A stretch of DNA of 35,266 nt, from positions 1 to 35,266 of the forward strand of contig JBHLPR010000023.1 of assembly GCA_048939245.1 (NCBI GenBank), written 5' to 3'. This stretch comes from Promethearchaeota archaeon. GTDB lineage: Archaea > Asgardarchaeota > Hermodarchaeia > Hermodarchaeales > Hermodarchaeaceae. Under the pieces are notes generated by a model. The model ran no database searches. It was not told the origin of the DNA and was given only the letters and a program-made list of their open reading frames with translations. A program made the translations under genes and the position numbers. Of this stretch, positions 1 to 8,165 are shown in pieces (positions within the stretch are counted from its first letter, which is position 1; every line of letters starts with the position of its first letter).

Positions 1-872
1 CCTCCTCCTGTTAGCACGATATCATTTGATAGTTCTCGCCGTATTGTAAAATCTGTTTGTTCGATGGAGTCAATTACCGCATCAATTAAACCTTTGTCCC
101 CGATTCCTATTAGCGAAGGGTCGAAAAGAACTTCAGGGGCTCTCCACGGTACTGTTCCCAAGGAGACGTTAATACCCTTACGTCGGTATTGCCATTCTCG
201 GGGAGTTTTTTTGTCTTTAGGATTAGGTCGCACTTGGCAGTAGTTCCGTTTGATGTATTCGATAGCTATAGGGTCAGTTGCAATTTTTGCATAATCTGAA
301 TACCGTGCTGAATTATTTGCAGTTTCTTCATATAACCGTCGTAGTGCAGCGGTGACGTAGAGACTTCCCGTGGCCGTATCTACAACATGTTCTCGAAGTA
401 AAAAGCCCTGATAAATCGGAGTGATCATTGAAAGCGTATGACCGATATCGACAACCATTCCGGTATGTTTTCCTAGAAAAAGGAGAGTGAGCACTTGCTG
501 ATAAGCTGCAAGGAGCTTTCGGCAGCCCAACTGATCTCGGAGTTCATCACATACATCATAAACACGATTTTGATTAACGGTTGAAAAAATAAGGAGCTGA
601 AGTTCGGTAGCAACTCGTTGAAAACCCCCGATAGCCATCTTATCAAAGACACCAAGAATTAGCGGTTTTAAGACCGAAGCATCAGGAAGATTTCCATTTT
701 CCATCGGAAAGAATTTTCCAATTCGAGTTGGATCCAAAGTGTTAAGGTAAGAATCTCCTGCCTTTTTTCCTTGGCTTTTCACATAAGCAGGGATTATTTT
801 AGGTCTTGTCTTGTCGGGGTAGCCATATTTGAGAAACCCGGTGCCTAAATCAATAATCAGGGGATTTTGCAT
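1..872 (-). CDS. Actin-related protein (eukaryotic actin/Arp family, Asgard-type), 3' end beyond the window edge
   Basis: Manual translation from ATG at 872 (GAGGAG SD just upstream) is open to base 1: MQNPLIIDLGTGFLKYG...FPMENG...YQQVLTLLFLGKHTGMVVDIGHTLSMITPIYQGF...IEYIKRNYCQV...SLGTVPWRAPEVLFDPSLIG...DSIEQTDFTIRRELSNDIVLTGG. These blocks are colinear with actin DNGSGMCKAG, YPIEHG, QAVLSLYASGRTTGIVxDSG..VPIYEGY, DIKEKLCYV, IGNERFRCPE.LFQPSFxG and IRKDLYANxVLSGG. Confidence 0.93.
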   Translation of the reverse strand, partial: MQNPLIIDLGTGFLKYGYPDKTRPKIIPAYVKSQGKKAGDSYLNTLDPTRIGKFFPMENGNLPDASVLKPLILGVFDKMAIGGFQRVATELQLLIFSTVNQNRVYDVCDELRDQLGCRKLLAAYQQVLTLLFLGKHTGMVVDIGHTLSMITPIYQGFLLREHVVDTATGSLYVTAALRRLYEETANNSARYSDYAKIATDPIAIEYIKRNYCQVRPNPKDKKTPREWQYRRKGINVSLGTVPWRAPEVLFDPSLIGIGDKGLIDAVIDSIEQTDFTIRRELSNDIVLTGG

Positions 873-906
873 GGATTCTCCTCAGATCTTCAACAGAAGA
901 AAGTGA

Positions 907-1722
907 TTATGGTTGAGTGAGTAGTGTGGAATAAGGTAATGTTGGCTCAATGAAATTAAATGTAACTTTGGGGAGTTCGACACGTAGAATTTGGGTTAAT
1001 CGGCTCATTCCTGGGATTTCAGTAGTTGTTTGAGGAAGTGCAACCAATTTAATTTTCAATTGATTAGCCTGGATTGCAAGCTCATGAGTTAGATGCCCTG
1101 TAAGATATGTATCATAACCCAGTTCCCAAGCGAGATGGAGCCACTCAGGAGTTATACCTTTCCCTGTAACCATTACGAGTTGTTCAACCTCGTCTTCTGC
1201 GTTCCCTACATAGTTAATGGATGGAATGTTCAGTCGTTTTGAGACATATTGGATGAACATCTTGAGGTTCGTCTCTTTTGGCACTTCACACACCCGGCCT
1301 AAGGGATGTAACTCACCGTGAAGAGGAACTTTGAAAACGTCATTAACTTTGAAGCCTAAGGCGTGAGCTAACACATCGTTCATTCCTCCGTCCACCATTG
1401 CCCAGTTGTAATGGGTAATATAGACTGTGATGTTGCGTTTTAACAGCTGTTGAAGAAGAAGCTGAGGCAAGCCAGTGAAAGTTTTGGCGGATGGCAGAAA
1501 TGGGGAGCGATGGGCTATGAGGAGTGTAGCTTTATGTTCGTCAGCTTGCACTATTACAGGGAGCGTGATATCGACACAAACGTCTACAGTAGAAATTCGA
1601 ACTCGCCGCAGTTTCGATTCATCACCGACGCCAAGAATTATTCCATCAACATCATTTTGAGGCACATATAAAGCAGGAGCCAATTTTCGTAAATTTAAAA
1701 TTACCTCCCATAATGTTGTCAT
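907..1722 (-). CDS. Nif3/YbgI-like (GTP cyclohydrolase I type 2 family) protein with degenerate metal-binding motifs
   Basis: LAP..NDVDGIILG, LLIAHR, VYITHYN..GGMNDVLAHALG, PLGRV, YLTG and TEIPGM follow the Nif3 motif order; 271 aa. Confidence 0.85.
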   Translation of the reverse strand: MTTLWEVILNLRKLAPALYVPQNDVDGIILGVGDESKLRRVRISTVDVCVDITLPVIVQADEHKATLLIAHRSPFLPSAKTFTGLPQLLLQQLLKRNITVYITHYNWAMVDGGMNDVLAHALGFKVNDVFKVPLHGELHPLGRVCEVPKETNLKMFIQYVSKRLNIPSINYVGNAEDEVEQLVMVTGKGITPEWLHLAWELGYDTYLTGHLTHELAIQANQLKIKLVALPQTTTEIPGMSRLTQILRVELPKVTFNFIEPTLPYSTLLTQP

Positions 1723-1806
1723 CGAAATTCAACCTATCGAGCGATTGTAACCACGAGTTGTTATCTAGATTTTTAGTCTTTTGTGGGGGTACCGATACCA
1801 TAATTT

Positions 1807-1821
1807 GAAAGGCTTTATAAT
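1807..1821 (+). promoter_or_regulatory. Putative BRE/TATA promoter of rsmB
   Basis: GAAAGGC-TTTATAA. It implies a transcription start near 1845, which argues against the ATG at 1828 as the real start. Confidence 0.5.
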
Positions 1822-1878
1822 TCAGCTATGCTAGGCAACTCGAGGAGAAGCAGGAAAGTGCCCCGAGAGAATTCCCAA

Positions 1879-3237
1879 ATGAACATCAGTCGTGAAGAAG
1901 CTGCTGCTGAGGTGCTTTCCCTTTGGGAAGAGCAATCACAGTCACTTCGTGGCGCCATGAGACAATTAGCTGATGACTGGGAAATTCAGGATTGGCGAAT
2001 CCGAACTGCAATCCATAGTCTTGTGTTCGAAACCGCTCGGAGATTAAACACAATCGATTTCTTTCTCAACCATGTGCTTAGAAAAAGTCAAGTTACTGAC
2101 TTGGATCCTTTGACAAGGAACACTCTAAGAGTTGCCTCATATCTGATTCATTACACGGATACTGCTGCGGCGCTCGCAACAAATGAGGCTGTTTCAATAA
2201 TCAAGCGACAAAAAACGAAACGATTAGCAGGTCTAGTAAATGCGGTCCTACGCAAGGTCCAAAAGATAAACCGTGATAAACTTATCAAATCGTATCAAGA
2301 AAAAGACTGGCAGGAGCTCGAATATTCCGTTCCCCGATGGTTCTTCAAATACCTTAACCGTCTTCTAGGACCAGAAGAAGCGGAAGCCTTCTTATTTTCA
2401 AGTCTCCAAAACCCCTCAGTGTACATCCGCGTTAATACTCTTAATCAGAAGGCTAGTAAAACACTAAAACAGCTTGAAGGGGATCAATTTCTTTGCATCC
2501 CAACCTCAGAAGTCCCAGAGGCATTTAAAATCCAACGAGGTACGAGCCCAATAACCCAAACCGAAGCGTATGCTCAAAGCTCCATATACCTTCAGAGTCT
2601 GGCTAGTATGCTAGTTTCCCGAATATTGAGTCCAAACCCAACTGAGATTGTTATAGATTTATGTGCGGCACCTGGTAGCAAAACGTCACATCTTGCACAA
2701 TTAATGGGGAACAGGGGAAGTATTCTTACTCTCGATAATATACCAAGCCGTGTCCAAGAGATGTGTCGTAACCTTCATCGATTAGGCGTGCGTAACACTC
2801 ATGTGATTCTAGCCAATAGCTTCGAAGTTCCCTTCCGGGAGGGTTTCCAAGCGAAGTATCTACTCGTTGATCCGCCTTGCAGCAATACAGGTGTAATTCA
2901 GACCCGACCCGAAGTCAAATGGACGATGACCCCGAGTAAGATCCGTGTTCTAAGCAGGGTACAATCAAGCCTGCTCAATGAAGGGAGCAGGTATGTTTCG
3001 CCAGGCGGGTTTATAGTTTATTCCACGTGTTCGGTAACCTTAGATGAAAACGAGCATTTGATTCGCGATTTTCTAGATAGCAATCCCAGTTTTGAGTTAG
3101 TGCCAACGAACCCCCATCTTGGCTCAAGAGGTTTTGAAGGATTTGCACATTGCCAACGATTGTTCCCCCATCGAAATGACACGGAGGGATTCTTCATTGC
3201 AAAAATGCAACGGGTACAACGAGCGTCTAAAGGTTAG
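1879..3237 (+). CDS. rsmB: RsmB/Fmu-type RNA (cytosine-5) methyltransferase with N-terminal NusB-like domain
   Basis: NusB-like NEAVSIIK..AGLVNAVLRK; SAM motif DLCAAPGSKT; LVDPPCS and YSTCS cysteines; FPHRNDTEGFF. Start could also be GTG 1858 (ORF track gives 1828). Confidence 0.9.
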   Translation: MNISREEAAAEVLSLWEEQSQSLRGAMRQLADDWEIQDWRIRTAIHSLVFETARRLNTIDFFLNHVLRKSQVTDLDPLTRNTLRVASYLIHYTDTAAALATNEAVSIIKRQKTKRLAGLVNAVLRKVQKINRDKLIKSYQEKDWQELEYSVPRWFFKYLNRLLGPEEAEAFLFSSLQNPSVYIRVNTLNQKASKTLKQLEGDQFLCIPTSEVPEAFKIQRGTSPITQTEAYAQSSIYLQSLASMLVSRILSPNPTEIVIDLCAAPGSKTSHLAQLMGNRGSILTLDNIPSRVQEMCRNLHRLGVRNTHVILANSFEVPFREGFQAKYLLVDPPCSNTGVIQTRPEVKWTMTPSKIRVLSRVQSSLLNEGSRYVSPGGFIVYSTCSVTLDENEHLIRDFLDSNPSFELVPTNPHLGSRGFEGFAHCQRLFPHRNDTEGFFIAKMQRVQRASKG

Positions 3238-3249
3238 AGCCATTAGCGG

Positions 3250-4671
3250 TTAGATGAAAATAGGCCACATGGAAATATTCTTTGGTAGTGATAATTGTCG
3301 GAAAGGTTTGTCCTTGCTGGCTTCGATGATGAGTTGGACTAAAGTAATTACAGTCATGGACTCGGTATATCCCTGTTTCTTTGTGGACTTTTCTCGAATT
3401 GTGACTGGAAATTCGTCGGCTTCGATTTCCTTATCTCCAATCACCGCAGTAAAAGGAATCCATTGCTTACCAGCAGTTCTGACTTTCCATCCAACGGTTT
3501 TTCCACGATCATCTAATACTGCTCGTATATTTTTTGAGCGTAGCTCATCGACGATTTTACTAGCCTGCTCCTTATGTCGATCAGCAACTGGGATGACTAG
3601 GACCTGCACAGGTGAGAGCCAAATCGGCAACATGGGCAACTGTCCTTTTTGTTGGCGTTTAGCAGCACTTTCCAAGAGCCCATAAATTAAGCGTTCAAGG
3701 CTGCCAATACTGGTGTGGACAATAATACATCCAACATCTTCCCCTGCCTCATTGACATAGGTGATGCCATAGCGTTCAGCATCACTTACATCGAGTTGAA
3801 CCGTGCTTAATTGTCCTGAGCCTTCAGCGGCATCCACGAATTGGAATTCATTTTTCACGTTCCAATAGTGGCTCATCTCAGGTAATAATTCAACAAGTAT
3901 AGGGCGCGTCAAATCTCGAGCGAGATCGACCAGCAAATCTTTGGTCTGCTCATAATATTCTTCAACAAGACGAAAGATAAGCAAGTACTCGATGCCTAGG
4001 CCGTGAATGAGATGATCATATTGCTTCGTAATCATCGCGAATTCCTGTTTGCCTTGTTCATAGTCTGCACAGAAGCAATGAATATCAGGCATGGTGAATG
4101 CACGAAGGCGTCGGAGCCCAACGCATTCTCCACGCTTTTCTAACCGAAATGAAGGCGATAATTCAAAAACCCGGATGGGTAGTTGTCGATAAGACATTTG
4201 TACGTTTTTCATTGTGGAAAACAGGCCGAAATCTCCTGCAAACCGGAGCAGCAGTTCTTTATCTTTACTCAGTTTAATACGATAGTCTTTTTCAAGGAAC
4301 TTTTCAGCTTGCTCTGCGATATCTTTCTGGCTAATCCGATACATCAGTGGAGTTTCGATTCGCATGGCACCAATCAGGTCTACAGCAATCATGTGAACAT
4401 ATTCTTCCAACAGCTCTTTCAACAAGGATCCTTTGGGATAATACTTGAAATGTCCAACATCGGAGGCTGGTTCATAGTCAATAAGCTCTAATTGACGCAT
4501 CAGACGAATATGCGGTGGTTCTCCTTTTGCAGCACGACCAAGTTCTTCTGTCTCAATAAAGGTGCGAAGTTCACCTTTGATAGCTTCATAACTATCTAAA
4601 TCGTCCAAGTCTAGAGATTTTTCAACACCTTCTGCATCGATAAGTAAATACTTAGCCAAAGCTAGCGCCAT
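3250..4671 (-). CDS. thrS: Threonine--tRNA ligase, archaeal-type catalytic plus anticodon-binding domains, no N-terminal editing domain
   Basis: DYEPASDVGHFKYYPKG, IETPLMY, SFRLEKRGECVGLRRLRAFTMPDIH, HTSIGSLER, PIWLSPVQV, WIPFTAVIGDKE. ATG 4671 preferred over TTG 4680. Confidence 0.92.
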   Translation of the reverse strand: MALALAKYLLIDAEGVEKSLDLDDLDSYEAIKGELRTFIETEELGRAAKGEPPHIRLMRQLELIDYEPASDVGHFKYYPKGSLLKELLEEYVHMIAVDLIGAMRIETPLMYRISQKDIAEQAEKFLEKDYRIKLSKDKELLLRFAGDFGLFSTMKNVQMSYRQLPIRVFELSPSFRLEKRGECVGLRRLRAFTMPDIHCFCADYEQGKQEFAMITKQYDHLIHGLGIEYLLIFRLVEEYYEQTKDLLVDLARDLTRPILVELLPEMSHYWNVKNEFQFVDAAEGSGQLSTVQLDVSDAERYGITYVNEAGEDVGCIIVHTSIGSLERLIYGLLESAAKRQQKGQLPMLPIWLSPVQVLVIPVADRHKEQASKIVDELRSKNIRAVLDDRGKTVGWKVRTAGKQWIPFTAVIGDKEIEADEFPVTIREKSTKKQGYTESMTVITLVQLIIEASKDKPFRQLSLPKNISMWPIFI

Positions 4672-4762
4672 CCCATACAATTTCAGTTATACTCGGAAAA
4701 TCTCGTTTCAATAGGGATAAAAGTTTCCATAAGCAACGAGAGATTCAAAAGGTGATAGCTCC

Positions 4763-5947
4763 ATGAAGTTAAGCCTCATTCAAGAAAAAAGTCAACAAGC
4801 CAGTAAATTATGTAAAGAATTAGATTTTGATGCCTGGATGATTTGGGTCCGAGAAACTAAACAGATGGCTGACCCTGTATTATCCTTGATTTTAGGAAGT
4901 GATGTCGTATGGCAATCGGCATTTATTTTTACAAAAGCCGGGAAACGAATTGCAATTGTTGGTAATTTTGATGCTGCGGGGATTAGTCCGATAGGAGTAT
5001 TTGATGAAGTCATCCCGTACACAAAGAGTATCCGTGAGAAACTTCGAGAAGAACTTGAGAAACTAAATCCAACTAAAATTGGTCTAAATTTCAGCCGTGA
5101 TGATGTGGCCGCGGATGGACTCACACATGGTATGTATAACCTTCTTACCGAATACCTTGAGGGAACTCCCTATCCTAGTCGTTTTGTGAGCGCTGAACCG
5201 GTGCTAACAAAGCTCCGAAGTAGAAAAACTCCCACAGAGATTCAGCGCATTCAGAAAGCCGTAGAAATCACAGAACAAATTTATGCAGAAGCGACCAAGT
5301 TCGTCAATGTTGGGCAAAGTGAATTAGAAATCTATCATTTCTTCCACGAGCGCATGAAGGAGCATGGCGTTACTTTTGCTTGGGGTGCAGATCATAATCC
5401 CGCAGTCGATGCAGGCCCCAACAAGGAATTTGGTCATGCGGGACCTACCGAGAACCAAACCAAAGCGGGACATCTGTTACATTTTGACTTTGGTGTGCGT
5501 TACCAGGGTTATTGTTCAGACTTGCAACGCATGTTTTTCTTTGGTAAACCTTCAGAAATTCCTGAAGAAGTACAGACCGCATTCAATACAGTTCGCGACG
5601 CGATTCAACTAGCAGCTGCGTTTATCAAACCGGGTATTCGGGGATTTGAAGCCGATAGTATTGCACGAGAATTTGTTCAGACGCAAGGTTACCAAGAATA
5701 CCAACACGCTCTAGGTCACCAAGTGGGTCAAGAGGCGCATGATGGGGGAACACTCCTTGGACCATTATGGGACAGATATGGTTCTAGCCCTAAAGGAATT
5801 ATTGAAGCAGGTAATATATTCACCTTAGAACTTTATGTGACCACAAAAGACTATGGGCAAGTTAGCCTAGAAGAAGATGTTCTAGTAACGAAAAAGGGAT
5901 GTAAATTTTTATCTAGACCACAGACAGAGCTCATATGTATCGAATAA
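4763..5947 (+). CDS. Xaa-Pro peptidase family protein (M24B), active site intact
   Basis: Metal ligands present: HFDFG, YCSDLQR, HALGHQVGQEAHD, FTLE, SLEED; GGTGA SD upstream. Confidence 0.92.
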   Translation: MKLSLIQEKSQQASKLCKELDFDAWMIWVRETKQMADPVLSLILGSDVVWQSAFIFTKAGKRIAIVGNFDAAGISPIGVFDEVIPYTKSIREKLREELEKLNPTKIGLNFSRDDVAADGLTHGMYNLLTEYLEGTPYPSRFVSAEPVLTKLRSRKTPTEIQRIQKAVEITEQIYAEATKFVNVGQSELEIYHFFHERMKEHGVTFAWGADHNPAVDAGPNKEFGHAGPTENQTKAGHLLHFDFGVRYQGYCSDLQRMFFFGKPSEIPEEVQTAFNTVRDAIQLAAAFIKPGIRGFEADSIAREFVQTQGYQEYQHALGHQVGQEAHDGGTLLGPLWDRYGSSPKGIIEAGNIFTLELYVTTKDYGQVSLEEDVLVTKKGCKFLSRPQTELICIE

Positions 5948-5951
5948 AAAA
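5946..5951 (-). terminator. Oligo-T terminator after tRNA-Arg(GCG)
   Basis: T6 run on the minus strand a few nt after the encoded CCA. Confidence 0.4.
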
Positions 5952-5957
5952 GGACTA

Positions 5958-6034
5958 TGGCGGGCCCGCAGGGATTTGAACCCCGGATCTCCGGATCCGC
6001 AATCCGGCGCCATATCCTACTAGGCCACGGGCCC
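5958..6034 (-). tRNA. tRNA-Arg(GCG), intronless, CCA encoded
   Basis: GGGCCCG..CGGGCCC acceptor stem plus GCCA; D-arm TGGCCTAGTAGGATATGGC; anticodon arm CCGGA-TTGCGGA-TCCGG; T-loop TTCAAAT. Confidence 0.97.
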
Positions 6035-6069
6035 TTCTGTATTGTAACTCTTGTAGGGTAGATGAATAA

Positions 6070-6083
6070 CTTTTAAAGGCTTC
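6070..6083 (-). promoter_or_regulatory. BRE/TATA of tRNA-Arg(GCG)
   Basis: GAAGCC-TTTAAAAG about 36-49 nt upstream of the mature tRNA 5' end. Confidence 0.5.
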
Positions 6084-6121
6084 TCCCAAAAAAAGCAAGG
6101 TTCTTTTTACAATTAAGAATT

Positions 6122-6625
6122 TTAAGTTCCTGCCAGGATCTTGCGCCATTCGTCAATATCTTCGAGTAGGCTCTCGCGGTGTTTGGGACTTAAATCTTGA
6201 TTGATTTTATATTCTTCAAGAGTTCGTATCCAGCGTGCCCATGGGCCCATTAACCGGGGATCGTGTCCCACTAAGCGATGTGAAAGTTCCCGTCGTTTAC
6301 GCATAGCCATTAAAATGTCAACCGCACGAGAAAATCGCTCAATTTCCCGTTTCATTGCATCCACTTCATCTAAGACTGGATTTGTGCCATATTGATCCGA
6401 ATTTTCTGAGAACCGGTCTAGAATGGATTCTACTTCTTTAGGTGTCAGGTTTGCAGCTCGGAGAGCTTCATCAGCGACCATCATTGCTTTCTCAAGAATT
6501 GATGCGAGTACAATGACATCGTTTTGCGCGATAACGTTTGGTGACAGTTCCTTTGTCTTATTACAGTTCTGAAGAAGTTTTTCAATGGTTTTCCGATGGG
6601 CACGAACATCTTTTTCGTAAGACAT
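6122..6625 (-). CDS. Hypothetical alpha-helical protein (167 aa)
   Basis: ATG start, amphipathic helical composition, fills the gap between the tRNA and the M24 paralogue; no family recognised. Confidence 0.75.
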   Translation of the reverse strand: MSYEKDVRAHRKTIEKLLQNCNKTKELSPNVIAQNDVIVLASILEKAMMVADEALRAANLTPKEVESILDRFSENSDQYGTNPVLDEVDAMKREIERFSRAVDILMAMRKRRELSHRLVGHDPRLMGPWARWIRTLEEYKINQDLSPKHRESLLEDIDEWRKILAGT

Positions 6626-6758
6626 GTATTTCGACCTTATTGGAGGGAAATAGAGGATGTCTGGGCGTCTACAAGAATATTAAGTAGAGGTGATATAACA
6701 TTTTCTTGTTCAAACAAGAGTTATCTGTGATTTTTAAGTGAAAATTAGATAGATAAAT

Positions 6759-7862
6759 TCAAACGGTTTCAAGAGGTATTTGGTTTAAGGTTTCAAATTC
6801 CCCTTCTTTTTTACAAATGATAGTATCGCCAACACGAACACTTTCAGCCTTGGGCATAGTGAGACCCGCTTCTATTGTGAAAACCATTCCCGGTATTATA
6901 GGGGTCTCTTCTATTGGAGAGATATGTGGAGGTTCCAGGGGTTGTAGTCCGACTCCACTTCCAAGTTGAGAATGGAGGTAGGGGAGATAACCACGATCGT
7001 CTGCAATACGTCGGATACATAACGCAATATCTCGGATTAAGGTTTCAGGGTTGAGCACGTTTTGGGCGGTTGTCACCGAATCTCGTGCACATTCGAAGAT
7101 TGCCCGTTGTTTCTTGGTGGGTTTTCCAGTCAATATTGAACGTGTTAAATTGGAGCAATAATCGTTATTTACTGCAGAAATTGAAATTACTACAAACTCG
7201 GCTTTACCTATCTCGCGACGACTTGCAGGAACGAAAGGACATCCTGCACGGGGTCCTGAAGCGATCACCGTGGGATAACCGGTCTGTGTAGCACCAGCTT
7301 TGCGGAGGGTTCTTTCAACTTCTGCTGCAACTTCGATTTCTGAGATTCCTGGACGAATGAATTCGATAGCAGCACGTAACCCATTTTCAGCGATTTGAAA
7401 AGCAGTTTTGATTTTTTCAAGTTCAGCCTCATCTTTAATCATTCGTAACTCAGTCATTGATGTGGAGATATTCTTGAATCCCGCATCAGGTAATAGACGC
7501 TTAATGTCTTCAAACTGACGTGCAGATATGAAATCCAGTTCGATTCCAATATCAACAGATCGGAGATCATGTTCCTCGATGGAGGTCTGGATGGATTTTA
7601 AAAGAGGAGAAGGGTTAATATCGCTAGTTTGGGGCTGATAGGGTTGGACATTACGAAACCAAGATTCTGCTTGGGCAAAATCACATTCTCCCTGAGGTAC
7701 AATCAGAAGAGGATCTTTGTCTCGGATGAGAACGGCAACAGAACTACCTAGTATCCCTGCGGGTTTGTAGCCTGTGAGATACCGGATATTGAACGGATCA
7801 AATAGGAGAATACTATTGATTTCTTCACGGGACATTATCAATTGAGCCCGATCCAAACGCAT
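6759..7862 (-). CDS. M24/aminopeptidase-P fold protein with metal ligands lost (probable pseudo-peptidase)
   Basis: Creatinase_N-type NIRYLTGY, LRMIKDEAEL, IRPGISEIEVA, VIASGP, YCSNLTR, GMVFTIE; active-site residues substituted (see findings). Confidence 0.88.
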   Translation of the reverse strand: MRLDRAQLIMSREEINSILLFDPFNIRYLTGYKPAGILGSSVAVLIRDKDPLLIVPQGECDFAQAESWFRNVQPYQPQTSDINPSPLLKSIQTSIEEHDLRSVDIGIELDFISARQFEDIKRLLPDAGFKNISTSMTELRMIKDEAELEKIKTAFQIAENGLRAAIEFIRPGISEIEVAAEVERTLRKAGATQTGYPTVIASGPRAGCPFVPASRREIGKAEFVVISISAVNNDYCSNLTRSILTGKPTKKQRAIFECARDSVTTAQNVLNPETLIRDIALCIRRIADDRGYLPYLHSQLGSGVGLQPLEPPHISPIEETPIIPGMVFTIEAGLTMPKAESVRVGDTIICKKEGEFETLNQIPLETV

Positions 7863-7942
7863 AGGTGGAACACCGCTGTATCATCCTATGAAGTGAGATT
7901 ATATCTCTATCCCTTGCCCCCTATTTTCTTTCAGAATATTCG

Positions 7943-7958
7943 GAAGCTTCTTTATATA
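7943..7958 (+). promoter_or_regulatory. BRE/TATA of tRNA-Arg(CCG)
   Basis: GAAGCTTC-TTTATATA about 34-49 nt upstream of the tRNA. Confidence 0.55.
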
Positions 7959-7991
7959 CTGAAACTGATTCTTGTGGAAGGATAAGCTCGT

Positions 7992-8069
7992 GGGCCCTTG
8001 GCCTAGTATGGATAGGGCGACAGGTTCCGGACCTGTAGATCCCGCGTTCAAATCGCGGAGGGCCCGCCA
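7992..8069 (+). tRNA. tRNA-Arg(CCG), intronless, CCA encoded
   Basis: GGGCCCT..AGGGCCC acceptor stem plus GCCA; anticodon arm ACAGG-TTCCGGA-CCTGT; T-arm CCGCG-TTCAAAT-CGCGG. Confidence 0.97.
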
Positions 8070-8165
8070 CTTCTATACCTATTTAGTATGTGGCTCCTGG
8101 CATATCTATAATCCTTAAAGGTCACTCCAGCAACACCTACGCACTGCCTTTGGAGGTATACACTG

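Noticed and set aside
473-655. 60-aa minus-strand ORF in the track
   Set aside because: It is an alternate frame inside the actin-related gene.
5955-6149. 64-aa ORF
   Set aside because: It reads through tRNA-Arg(GCG) and its promoter.
5958-8069. tRNA-targeted integrated element
   Set aside because: No integrase, no direct repeat of a tRNA 3' end, and both tRNAs are complete and inverted.
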